A DNA stretch of 64,000 nt, from positions 21,417-85,416 of the forward strand of contig JACXUV010000005.1 in NCBI GenBank assembly GCA_014763715.1, in the 5' to 3' direction. The stretch comes from Rhodobacterales bacterium (GTDB lineage Bacteria > Pseudomonadota > Alphaproteobacteria > Caulobacterales > Hyphomonadaceae). The notes beneath the pieces were generated by a model. The model was not told the DNA's origin. It saw only the letters and a program-made list of their open reading frames with translations, and searched no databases. This document shows positions 30,840 to 38,743 of the stretch, piece after piece. Numbering within the stretch: position 1 is the stretch's first letter; the number at the start of each line of letters is the position of its first letter. The translations under genes were made by a program, and so were the position numbers.

Positions 30840-31595
30840 TTACTGGTTCTGGCGTTCCTTCACGCCTTCCTCATCTGCGAGGGCGCGGTCCTGCTCGTTG
30901 AATTCGATCTCGGCTTCTTCGCCCTTGCCGTAGGCGCGGGATTTCTTGGCGAGCGAGGACATGGCGTCCTGCATGCTGCCCTGGCCGACTGCCATGGTCT
31001 TGCGTGCATCCATGCCGACGCTTTCGGCATCATCGAAGCTCGCAAACTCTGCCCCGAGGAAGACGACTTCCCAGCCCTTGGCGCGGGCGCGGTCCAGTGC
31101 GGCTTTCGCACCATCCTTCGTCAGCTCGCGGGAAGAATTCTCAAGCCCGTCAGTCATGATCACGATAACGGCCTTTTCCGGCTTGTCTGCTTCGGCCAGG
31201 TTCACCATGCGGCCGATGGCATCAAAAAGAGGCGTCATGCCGCGCGGGCTCGCCTCGTCATCGGTGACATTGTGCCAGTCTTCCGCCTTCACACCGTCGC
31301 GTAAAACGTCAAACTGCATGCCGTCCTGATAGTCGAATACGGCGAGCGTGACATCCGTTTCGATATCGGCGCCATCCACCTCGCCCTCATCGGCCTCGCC
31401 GACACTGGCAGCATAGGCATTGACGGAGCCGAGCGCCTCTTCCCAGATATCGGACATGGAGCCTGTCCGGTCGAGCAGGATGTAGGAATGAACCGCCCCC
31501 GGATCATCTTCCACTGGCAGGATCTTCGCATTCGCCGAACCGGCCAGTGCCATGGCGGCGGTTCCGAACATGAGCGATGTGATGAGCGATTTCAT
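30840..31595 (-). CDS. von Willebrand factor A domain protein with signal peptide (paralog 1)
   Basis: MKSLITSLMFGTAAMALAGSANA signal; LLDRTGSM, GMTPLFDA, IMTDGLENSS MIDAS-like motifs. Confidence 0.85.
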   Translation of the reverse strand: MKSLITSLMFGTAAMALAGSANAKILPVEDDPGAVHSYILLDRTGSMSDIWEEALGSVNAYAASVGEADEGEVDGADIETDVTLAVFDYQDGMQFDVLRDGVKAEDWHNVTDDEASPRGMTPLFDAIGRMVNLAEADKPEKAVIVIMTDGLENSSRELTKDGAKAALDRARAKGWEVVFLGAEFASFDDAESVGMDARKTMAVGQGSMQDAMSSLAKKSRAYGKGEEAEIEFNEQDRALADEEGVKERQNQ

Positions 31596-31750
31596 TGGGG
31601 CGTCCCTTCCCATATGTCTGGCCAGAGATATCCGGCCTGTGTCTGACCGGAACCGCCGGCCTCGTGCGTCTCAAGCCCCCACGGCCTGTTGAAGAAAACT
31701 TTCGGCGAGGATTGAGGCGCGTTCGTGACCGATTGTTGCCGTTTGGAAGG

Positions 31751-31781
31751 AAAAAGGCCCGCCAGCGAACCGGCGGGCCTT
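31751..31781 (-). terminator. Terminator between the two vWA genes
   Basis: Minus strand aaggcccgcc...ggcgggccttttt. Confidence 0.8.
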
Positions 31782-31809
31782 CCAGCCTGAACAGGCGTTC
31801 AGTTTCAGA

Positions 31810-32502
31810 CTATTTCTTCCGCATAAAGAAGCCTTTCCGCTTCTGCACATCGGCCTCACCAGCCGCTTCGCGGTCCGCCTCGTCAAAGACGACCGGCGCC
31901 GCGGCCTCCGAGGCATAATAGGCTTGGCTCTTGCGGGCGAGCTTCGCCATGGATGCCGACATCCGCCCCTGACTCATCGCCATGGACTTGCCGGCCGAGA
32001 TGCCCACCGCGTCCGCATCGGCGAAGTTCGCGAACTCTGCCCCCAGGAAGACGACTTCCCAGCCGCGCTTCTCCGCCCGTTCCAGCGCCGCCTTCACCCC
32101 AGCCTTCGTCACTTCGCGGGAAGCATTCTCCTCCCCGTCGGTCATGATGACGATGACGGCTTTCTCCGGATTGTCGGCTTCGGCCATGGAAATGAGGCGC
32201 GCGACGGCATCGAACAGGGGCGTCATGCCGCGCGGGCTCGCTTCCTTGTCGGTGACGTTCTGCCAGTCTGCCGGGGCCACGCTGCGGCGCAGAACGTCGA
32301 ACTGCAGGCCGTCCTGTGCGTCGAACACGGCGAGCGTGATTTGCGGCACGACGTCCCCGGCCTCGCCTGCGATCGCGGCGGCATAAGCGTTCACCGAACT
32401 CAGCGCCTCGGTCCAGATGGGTGACATGGAACCGGTGCGGTCGAGAAGAATGTAGGAGTGTGTCTGGGCCTTGGCTGGTGTCTGATTTTCGTTCTGGGCC
32501 AT
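31810..32502 (-). CDS. von Willebrand factor A domain protein without signal peptide (paralog 2)
   Basis: HSYILLDRTGSM, SPRGMTPLFDA, VIVIMTDGEENASRE, GWEVVFLGAEFA shared with paralog 1; start MAQNENQ after GGAGG. Confidence 0.85.
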   Translation of the reverse strand: MAQNENQTPAKAQTHSYILLDRTGSMSPIWTEALSSVNAYAAAIAGEAGDVVPQITLAVFDAQDGLQFDVLRRSVAPADWQNVTDKEASPRGMTPLFDAVARLISMAEADNPEKAVIVIMTDGEENASREVTKAGVKAALERAEKRGWEVVFLGAEFANFADADAVGISAGKSMAMSQGRMSASMAKLARKSQAYYASEAAAPVVFDEADREAAGEADVQKRKGFFMRKK

Positions 32503-32652
32503 GAGGGTCCCTCCTCTGCTGCCCCCCGGCCTGTCAGCCGAGATGGGGAGAGGATCGGCCCGCACAAGTGGGAGAACAAAAAAGACCGGGAGGCATCCGC
32601 GCTCCCGGTCTCTCGATTTTGGTCCGCACCCGGCCGGAACCGGCCGCTATAA

Positions 32653-32694
32653 ATGGTGTTTGCACGGTGTTTACATGGTGTTTACATGGTGTTC
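32653..32694. repeat. 11-bp tandem direct repeat (about 3.8 copies of ATGGTGTTTAC)
   Basis: atggtgtttgc acggtgtttac atggtgtttac atggtgttc. Confidence 0.85.
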
Positions 32695-32718
32695 TTCATT
32701 GCCCTGCCGGGCTGGTAA

Positions 32719-33612
32719 TCAGGCAAATTGCGGCGCGATGCGCAGGTTCCGCACCCAGCCGATTTTCTCCATCGCCAGCAGGATCGTGCCGTTATAATCG
32801 ACGATCCGGTTCCACACCCCCTTGCGCGGACGATGCAGCGCGCTGGTCGGTTCGGAATGGTGATGGTCGTGGAAAGCTTCGCCCCCTGTGAGGAGGCCGA
32901 TCAGGTGATCCGCCCAGATCGGCGTCTTCAGATGGCCCAGCACGTTGATGCCGTAGACGGTCGCGTGGAACTGGATCGCCCGGCCGATCACCACGCTCGC
33001 ATGGATCAGCGCCGTCAGCACCAGCGAACCGCCCGCCGCCCAGACGATCAGATAGATCGCCGCCGGGATGACGAGGTGAACGACAAGGCTGATTTCATTG
33101 TAGAAACGGTCCATCCAGACAATCACGGGCTGGTTCTTCAGCCACATAGCCAGCGGGCGCTGGGTGTCCCGCTCGTCGCGCCACAAGATCCAGCCGACCC
33201 AGGCCCAGCGTTTGGATTCAAACGGGTTGTGGGGGTCGCCCGGCGCATCGGAGAAGCGGTGATGCTGGGAGTGGTAATTCACCCAGTCCTTCACATTGCC
33301 CTGCATGGCGATGACCAGATTGATCATGGTGAGCACCTGCCCCGGCACGGCGAGTTCACCCGCCCGGTGCTGCAGGATGCGGTGCAACGGGCCAATGCCG
33401 GCATTGCAGACGAAGACGGTCAGCGCCACAACGCCGCCAGCCAGCGCGAAATACCACCAGCGCAGCGTCAGCTCGCTGAGGAAAATGCCCAGCAGAACCA
33501 TGGTGACAAACAGCGCAACGCCCAGAACGGGATAGCCGAAGGCAGAGAAAAAGCTTGCGAAATTGAAGGTTTTCCAAGTCTTCGGAATGGCGATGGAACG
33601 CGGCAGTGTCAT
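32719..33612 (-). CDS. Membrane-bound acyl-CoA/acyl-lipid desaturase (delta-9-like)
   Basis: Three His boxes HRILQH, HSQHH, HDHHH; FSDAPGDPH.P; TM helices. Confidence 0.88.
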   Translation of the reverse strand: MTLPRSIAIPKTWKTFNFASFFSAFGYPVLGVALFVTMVLLGIFLSELTLRWWYFALAGGVVALTVFVCNAGIGPLHRILQHRAGELAVPGQVLTMINLVIAMQGNVKDWVNYHSQHHRFSDAPGDPHNPFESKRWAWVGWILWRDERDTQRPLAMWLKNQPVIVWMDRFYNEISLVVHLVIPAAIYLIVWAAGGSLVLTALIHASVVIGRAIQFHATVYGINVLGHLKTPIWADHLIGLLTGGEAFHDHHHSEPTSALHRPRKGVWNRIVDYNGTILLAMEKIGWVRNLRIAPQFA

Positions 33613-33879
33613 TCAGGTCCTCCCAGTGGAACGTGGTTCCTGCCGGATCGGTGTCTGTCCGGCGGGTTCGAGGCATCCTTACGGTACAGGCCGCTGGCGT
33701 AAAGATGAAACAAGCGTCACGTATGCGTTATTTCCGCCCATACAAGCGCCAAGCTGCAGCCCCACCGAAGGTGTGCCACATATAGTGCCAGACAGGGGTG
33801 ACTGCCGCAAAGCGTTTCGGATAAACAGGACGTCATGCCGGGTGTGGGTCGCGCCCAAGCAAACGGGGGTCTGAACGTC

Positions 33880-35088
33880 ATGGCGGATGAGCGCCTCCTG
33901 CGGGAGATCCAGCAGCTTGAGGAACTCGGTGTCGACTTCGAGTCGAGCCAGGACGAAAGCGAAGTGCGCACCCTGTGCGACCTGACGGAAGACTGCCGCG
34001 ATGCCGGCGAAAACTCGCTGGTCCTCAACCGCAAGCAAGGCACATTCTGGTGCCCGAACTGCGAGTCCCATGGCAGCTTCGCTGAGCTGATCCGCCTGAA
34101 GGAAGAGGCCCGTCGCCAGCGCGTCCTGGCGCTGCAGCCCGCCCCGCTGCCTGCCCCACTGGATGCGCAGCTCATTCCGGAGGATGAGCCCCCTGCGAAG
34201 GCTCCTGCCAAGCGCGCGTCCGTTCAGGACGCCGAGTTTGCCCCGGTCCCGCGCAAGGTAGAGCGCAACCTCGCCCGCCACGAGGCGAAGGTGAAAACGC
34301 TGAGCGATGCCGATCGGCTGGAAGAACGCTTCCCGCACCTGAAGCCGAAGGAAAAGAAGCCCTTCAACGGAGAGAAATTCATCATCTCCCTGCTCGCGCT
34401 GGTCTTCCTGACGGCGGGCCTTGCGGCCGCAGCACTCTCCGGCTTTGCGAACTATCAAGCCTTTTCCAGCTCCGTGGCCGATCCGCTGCAATCCCGCATC
34501 TGGGGCTGGACCGGCGTGATCGCCGCGGTCATCTCCTTTGGCGGCTTCACCTTCTTCTACTGGCACACGGCCAATCACCGCATGAAGGAGGGCTGGCGGG
34601 CGCTGGTCTTCGCGCTGGCGGGCATGGGCACGTCCATCATCGGCACGGAACGCTACATCACCGCGAACAATACTGCCGCCGCCGCAGAAATCGTGCGCGC
34701 CGATACCAATCGCGATGTCCTCATGTCCCAGATTGCCGACTGGCGCCGCCAGCTGGAAGGCATTCCGCCGGAAACGCGCTCGGTCGAGGGGCTGGAAGCC
34801 TATCTCGCTGAAGTTGAGCGTGTCGGCCGGACGGAACAGAAACCCTATCGCGATGCCCAGAACGAACTCGGGCTCGCCAAACGCCGGGACGAACTTCAGG
34901 CGAAGATCGAGACCGCCAATGCCGAGCTGCTGGGCCAGGGCAATGGCAACATCCTGACAGAGGCCCAGTCCCGCACCAACCTGCCCTCCTGGTTCTTCGC
35001 CCTCATGCTGGAAGCCTTCTCCAGCCAGGGCACCTCCATCGGCCTCGTCGCCCTGCTTATCCTCTATGGCCGGCGCCGGCCTGGTTAA
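33880..35088 (+). CDS. Hypothetical membrane protein with N-terminal Cys4 zinc-ribbon-like domain and coiled coil
   Basis: C-x5-C-x18-C-x2-C, Pro/Ala linker, 3 TM helices, helical region, C-terminal TM. Start ATG 33880. Confidence 0.75.
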   Translation: MADERLLREIQQLEELGVDFESSQDESEVRTLCDLTEDCRDAGENSLVLNRKQGTFWCPNCESHGSFAELIRLKEEARRQRVLALQPAPLPAPLDAQLIPEDEPPAKAPAKRASVQDAEFAPVPRKVERNLARHEAKVKTLSDADRLEERFPHLKPKEKKPFNGEKFIISLLALVFLTAGLAAAALSGFANYQAFSSSVADPLQSRIWGWTGVIAAVISFGGFTFFYWHTANHRMKEGWRALVFALAGMGTSIIGTERYITANNTAAAAEIVRADTNRDVLMSQIADWRRQLEGIPPETRSVEGLEAYLAEVERVGRTEQKPYRDAQNELGLAKRRDELQAKIETANAELLGQGNGNILTEAQSRTNLPSWFFALMLEAFSSQGTSIGLVALLILYGRRRPG

Positions 35089-35156
35089 CGCAAAGCCTTG
35101 TTTTAATAATCATAATTTGAAAAATTTTGGAACGATCCCGCGCCCGTGCGCATAGG

Positions 35157-35238
35157 GGCACTGAAGTCACTCTTATTGGTGCTTCTCCATCTTACCTGCT
35201 CTTGGGGCCAGTTCAGAAGGAACTGGCCCCTTTTTTCT
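35157..35238 (+). ncRNA. Candidate small RNA (or long 3' UTR) ending in a strong terminator
   Basis: TTGGAA-N17-GCATAG promoter-like sequence, CU-rich single strand, 11-bp stem ggggccagttc/gaactggcccc plus T6; no ORF. Confidence 0.4.
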
Positions 35239-35412
35239 TCCTGAACCGTCCGGCCGGTACATGGTTCGGGAAACAGGCAGCCCGCAGCGGCTTGCAATCG
35301 GCGCTGGCCTCTCCATAGTCACACCGGGAGGAAACCGGATTGTGCTGAAACTGCTGCAGTCATGGAGCAACCTCCTGTTGTGCGAGACTGTACGGGGAGG
35401 CATCCGGCGCTC

Positions 35413-35946
35413 ATGAATCTCTTTTTCCGGCTCCTTCGGATCATGCTGTCGGCGTATTTCTCGAAGACGCGCACGCATATCCTGGACGTGCACACGATCC
35501 GCTCTGCTGTCTGGATCGGCGACCATGACCCGATGGGCCACATGACCAATTCCCGTTACGCCTCGTTCACAGATCTCGGCATCATGAATTTCATGGGCCG
35601 CACAGGCACGCTGAAAGCCTTCCGGGCACATGGCTGGGCCCCCATCATCCAGCACGAGGCGCTGACCTATTTTCACTCCATGAAGTTTCCGCAGAAGTTC
35701 GAACTGCAAACGCGTATGGTCGGCTGGGACGGAACCTATATGTGTTTCCGGCACACCTTCATCTGCAAGGGACGAACGGTGGCAACCAGCCGCATGATCG
35801 CCCGCCTCAAAGGGCGCGGAAAGGAACGGGTCACCGCAGACATGGCACTTGAAGCACTCGGCATGCCCATGGAGAGCCCGCCGCTGGAGAAGCCTTTCCT
35901 CGATGCGATCGCAGACCTGCGCGCGGAACGGGCGGCCCACGCATGA
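35413..35946 (+). CDS. Hotdog-fold acyl-CoA thioesterase family protein
   Basis: DHDPMGHMTNSRY....DLG motif; start MNLFFRLL. Confidence 0.85.
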   Translation: MNLFFRLLRIMLSAYFSKTRTHILDVHTIRSAVWIGDHDPMGHMTNSRYASFTDLGIMNFMGRTGTLKAFRAHGWAPIIQHEALTYFHSMKFPQKFELQTRMVGWDGTYMCFRHTFICKGRTVATSRMIARLKGRGKERVTADMALEALGMPMESPPLEKPFLDAIADLRAERAAHA

Positions 35947-36866
35947 GCCTGCCCCTGATCATAGATTGCGATCCCGGTGTCGACGATGCGGTGATGCTGA
36001 TGATGGCGCTCGCCAGCGATGCGCTGGATGTGCGGGCCATCACCACGGTTGCCGGCAATGTGCCGCTGCGCCTGACCAGCCGGAACGCCCGCATGATGTG
36101 CCAGCTGATGGGGCGCAGCGAAGTGCCAGTCTATGCCGGGTGCCCGCGGCCGGTGTTGCGGACGCCTGTCACGGCAGAGGACTTCCACGGGACAAGCGGC
36201 ATTGCCGGGCTCGATCCGTTCGAGCCGGACGCGCCGCTGGCCTCAGGCCATGCCGTGACATTCCTGATCGACACGCTGAAAGCCGCTGCGCCCGGCGAGT
36301 ACACGCTGGTCGTGACCGGCCCGATGACGAACATCGCCGCCGCACTGATCCTTGACCCGTCCATTGCCGCAGGCATTTCCCGCCTTGTCCTGATGGCCGG
36401 CGCCGACAGTGAGGGCGGCAACATCACCCCCTTCTCCGAGTTCAACGTCTTCGCCGATCCGCATGCGGCGGCCATCGTGTTCGACTCCGGCATTCCGGCC
36501 ACGGTGATGAGCCTTGATGTGACCCACACGGTCCGGGCGGAACTGCCCCGGGTCGAGCGGCTGAAAGCCATCCGGACCGAACGCGCCGCGATCATGGTGC
36601 AGCTGCTGGAAGCGGGCAATGAACTGGAGGCACGCTGGAAGGAAGGGCGTAAATCGCCCATGCACGACCCGTCCACGGTCGCCTTCCTGCTGGCCCCGCG
36701 CCTGTTCGGCGCGAAAGCGACGACGGTCAGCGTGGTGACGGAACCGGGCGAACGCTTCGGCCAGACCTGTCTCACCGCAACGCCGGGCGGCCCGCATGAC
36801 TGGGTGACCACCGCCGATGCGGACGGCTTCTTCGACCTCATGGCGTCCCTGATGGAGCGCGCATGA
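35943..36866 (+). CDS. Inosine/uridine-preferring nucleoside hydrolase
   Basis: IIDCDPGVDDA, TTVAGNV, TGPMTNIA, EFNVFADPHAA, MHDP. Confidence 0.93.
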   Translation: MSLPLIIDCDPGVDDAVMLMMALASDALDVRAITTVAGNVPLRLTSRNARMMCQLMGRSEVPVYAGCPRPVLRTPVTAEDFHGTSGIAGLDPFEPDAPLASGHAVTFLIDTLKAAAPGEYTLVVTGPMTNIAAALILDPSIAAGISRLVLMAGADSEGGNITPFSEFNVFADPHAAAIVFDSGIPATVMSLDVTHTVRAELPRVERLKAIRTERAAIMVQLLEAGNELEARWKEGRKSPMHDPSTVAFLLAPRLFGAKATTVSVVTEPGERFGQTCLTATPGGPHDWVTTADADGFFDLMASLMERA

Positions 36867-37714
36867 TCACAGTCGTCGGCTCCATCAATCTGGACATTGT
36901 CGCCACCGGACCGGCCCTGCCCCGGCCGGGCGAGACGGTCGGCGGCGCCCGCCTTGCCCGTCATCCCGGCGGCAAGGGCGCGAACCAGGCGCTGGCCGCC
37001 CGCCGCCTCGGCGCGGACGTTCAACTGGTCGGGGCTGTCGGCGCCGACGACATGGCCGACGAAGCGCTGAAACTGTTGCAAACAGGCGGCGTGGACCTCT
37101 CGCAGGTCGCCCATGTGAATGGCGAGACGACCGGCGTGGCGCTGATTGCGGTGGACGCGACGAGCGGTGAGAACCTGATCGTCGTCTGCCCCGGTGCGAA
37201 CCATGTGCTGCGCCCGGAGGACGTGGCGCACCTGCCGATAGAACACATGATGGGCGTGCTGGAAGTGCCCGTGCCGGTGCTGCTGGCGGCGGCGGAAAAG
37301 GCGACCGGTTTTGTCAGCCTGAACCTCGCCCCGGCCATGACGATACCGGACCATCTCATGACTATGGCGGACCTTATCAGTGTCAACGAGAGCGAAGCGG
37401 CGACTTATGGCGACCATCTGATGACTTGCGGCGCACTTGTCGCTGTCTCGCTCGGCGCAGCGGGCGCGGTGCTCTACAAGGACGGCAAGGAGATTGCCCG
37501 GGCGGCCCCGCCAGAGGTGCAGGTCGTCGACACGGTCGGCGCCGGGGACACGTTCACCGCCGCCCTCACCGTCGCCCTGATCGAGGGCCAGGCCCCGCAG
37601 GACGCGCTTGCCTTCGCGGTGACCGCCGGGGCGCTCGCCTGCACACGGCCTGGCGCACAGCCGAGCCTTCCGCATCGCCGCGACGTTGACGCGCTTGCCC
37701 TTGGCGGGAAATGA
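36863..37714 (+). CDS. rbsK: Ribokinase (PfkB family)
   Basis: VVGSINLD, PGGKGANQA.AA.RLG, TG.A.I.VD..GEN.I, VDTVGAGDTF; ATGA overlap with the hydrolase. Confidence 0.85.
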   Translation: MITVVGSINLDIVATGPALPRPGETVGGARLARHPGGKGANQALAARRLGADVQLVGAVGADDMADEALKLLQTGGVDLSQVAHVNGETTGVALIAVDATSGENLIVVCPGANHVLRPEDVAHLPIEHMMGVLEVPVPVLLAAAEKATGFVSLNLAPAMTIPDHLMTMADLISVNESEAATYGDHLMTCGALVAVSLGAAGAVLYKDGKEIARAAPPEVQVVDTVGAGDTFTAALTVALIEGQAPQDALAFAVTAGALACTRPGAQPSLPHRRDVDALALGGK

Positions 37715-37780
37715 CGCCAACAGTCAGGCATCCCTTTTCCTGCCCCATTCCCTGCCCCCGTTCCCTGCCGGAGATCCGCC

Positions 37781-38569
37781 ATGCGCCGCCTGCTGCTCAG
37801 CCTCACTCTTGCCGCCCTTGCCGCCTCGCCTGCCCATGCCTGGGGCAAGACCGGGCACCGCGTCGTCGCTGCCGTCGCCGACGAATATCTGAGCGATGAG
37901 GCCGCTGCCGCCGTGGAAGAAATCCTTGGCGCCGAGAGCATGGCAGAGGCCGCCGACTGGGCGGACTTCATGCGCTCCGACCCGGATGATTTCTGGCGCC
38001 GCGAAGCCAATCCCTGGCACTATGTGACCATCCCGAAGGATGAGAAGTACGCCGACATCACGCCGCCGCCGGAAGGCAACGCGATCACCGCGCTGGAGCA
38101 TTTCCGCGCCATCGCCGTGGACAAGAGCCAGCCGCTGGAACAGCGCCAGCTGGCGCTCCGCTTCATCATCCACCTGGTGGGCGACCTGCAGCAGCCCCTG
38201 CATGCCGGCAACGGCACCGACCGCGGCGCAAACCTCTTCACCTGCTACTTCTTCGAAGACCTGACCAATCTGCACGAAGTCTGGGACGAGCTGCTGATCA
38301 ATTACGAGGAGCTGTCCTACACCGAATGGACCGACTGGCTGACCTCCAAGATCACCGCCGAGAACATCCTCGTCTGGTCCGCCGCGACGCCAGCCCAATG
38401 GGCCGACGAAAGCGCCGCCATCCGCGACACGATCTATCCGGATCACCAGATCCTCAAATGGGAATATGTCTACCAGACCCGTCCCCTGCTGCGCCAGCAA
38501 CTCTCCAAAGGCGGCGTGCGGTTGGCTGCCTATCTGAACGAGATGTTTGCAGAGGGGGCGGCCAAGTAG
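37781..38569 (+). CDS. Secreted S1/P1 nuclease
   Basis: Signal peptide ending AHA, mature WGKTGH, WAD, WHY, HLVGDLQQPLH, NLHEVWD zinc ligands. Confidence 0.93.
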   Translation: MRRLLLSLTLAALAASPAHAWGKTGHRVVAAVADEYLSDEAAAAVEEILGAESMAEAADWADFMRSDPDDFWRREANPWHYVTIPKDEKYADITPPPEGNAITALEHFRAIAVDKSQPLEQRQLALRFIIHLVGDLQQPLHAGNGTDRGANLFTCYFFEDLTNLHEVWDELLINYEELSYTEWTDWLTSKITAENILVWSAATPAQWADESAAIRDTIYPDHQILKWEYVYQTRPLLRQQLSKGGVRLAAYLNEMFAEGAAK

Positions 38570-38581
38570 CCCACGCTCGTG

Positions 38582-38652
38582 CTTCGACTTCGCTCAGCAT
38601 GAGCGCTTCGGCGAGGCAGTAAAGAGCGGACTCATCCTGAGCGAAGTCGAAG
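38582..38652. repeat. Palindromic REP/MITE-like element
   Basis: 22-nt arms cttcgacttcgctcagcatgag / ctcatcctgagcgaagtcgaag (21/22 complementary), 27-nt spacer. Confidence 0.8.
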
Positions 38653-38704
38653 GATGAAGCCACAGAGAACAGAAGCCTGGCGCTTACGCTTGGGCCTGCC
38701 TCGG

Positions 38705-38729
38705 GAAATCGATCCACCGGATCGATTTC
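38705..38729. repeat. Perfect 11-bp hairpin just downstream of the rpoN stop
   Basis: gaaatcgatcc-acc-ggatcgatttc. Confidence 0.7.
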
Positions 38730-38743
38730 TGATCCTCGGCAGC

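Noticed and set aside
32653-32694. Short repeat array as a CRISPR or iteron origin
   Set aside because: The 11-bp units have no spacers and there is no cas or rep gene nearby; kept only as a possible regulator site.
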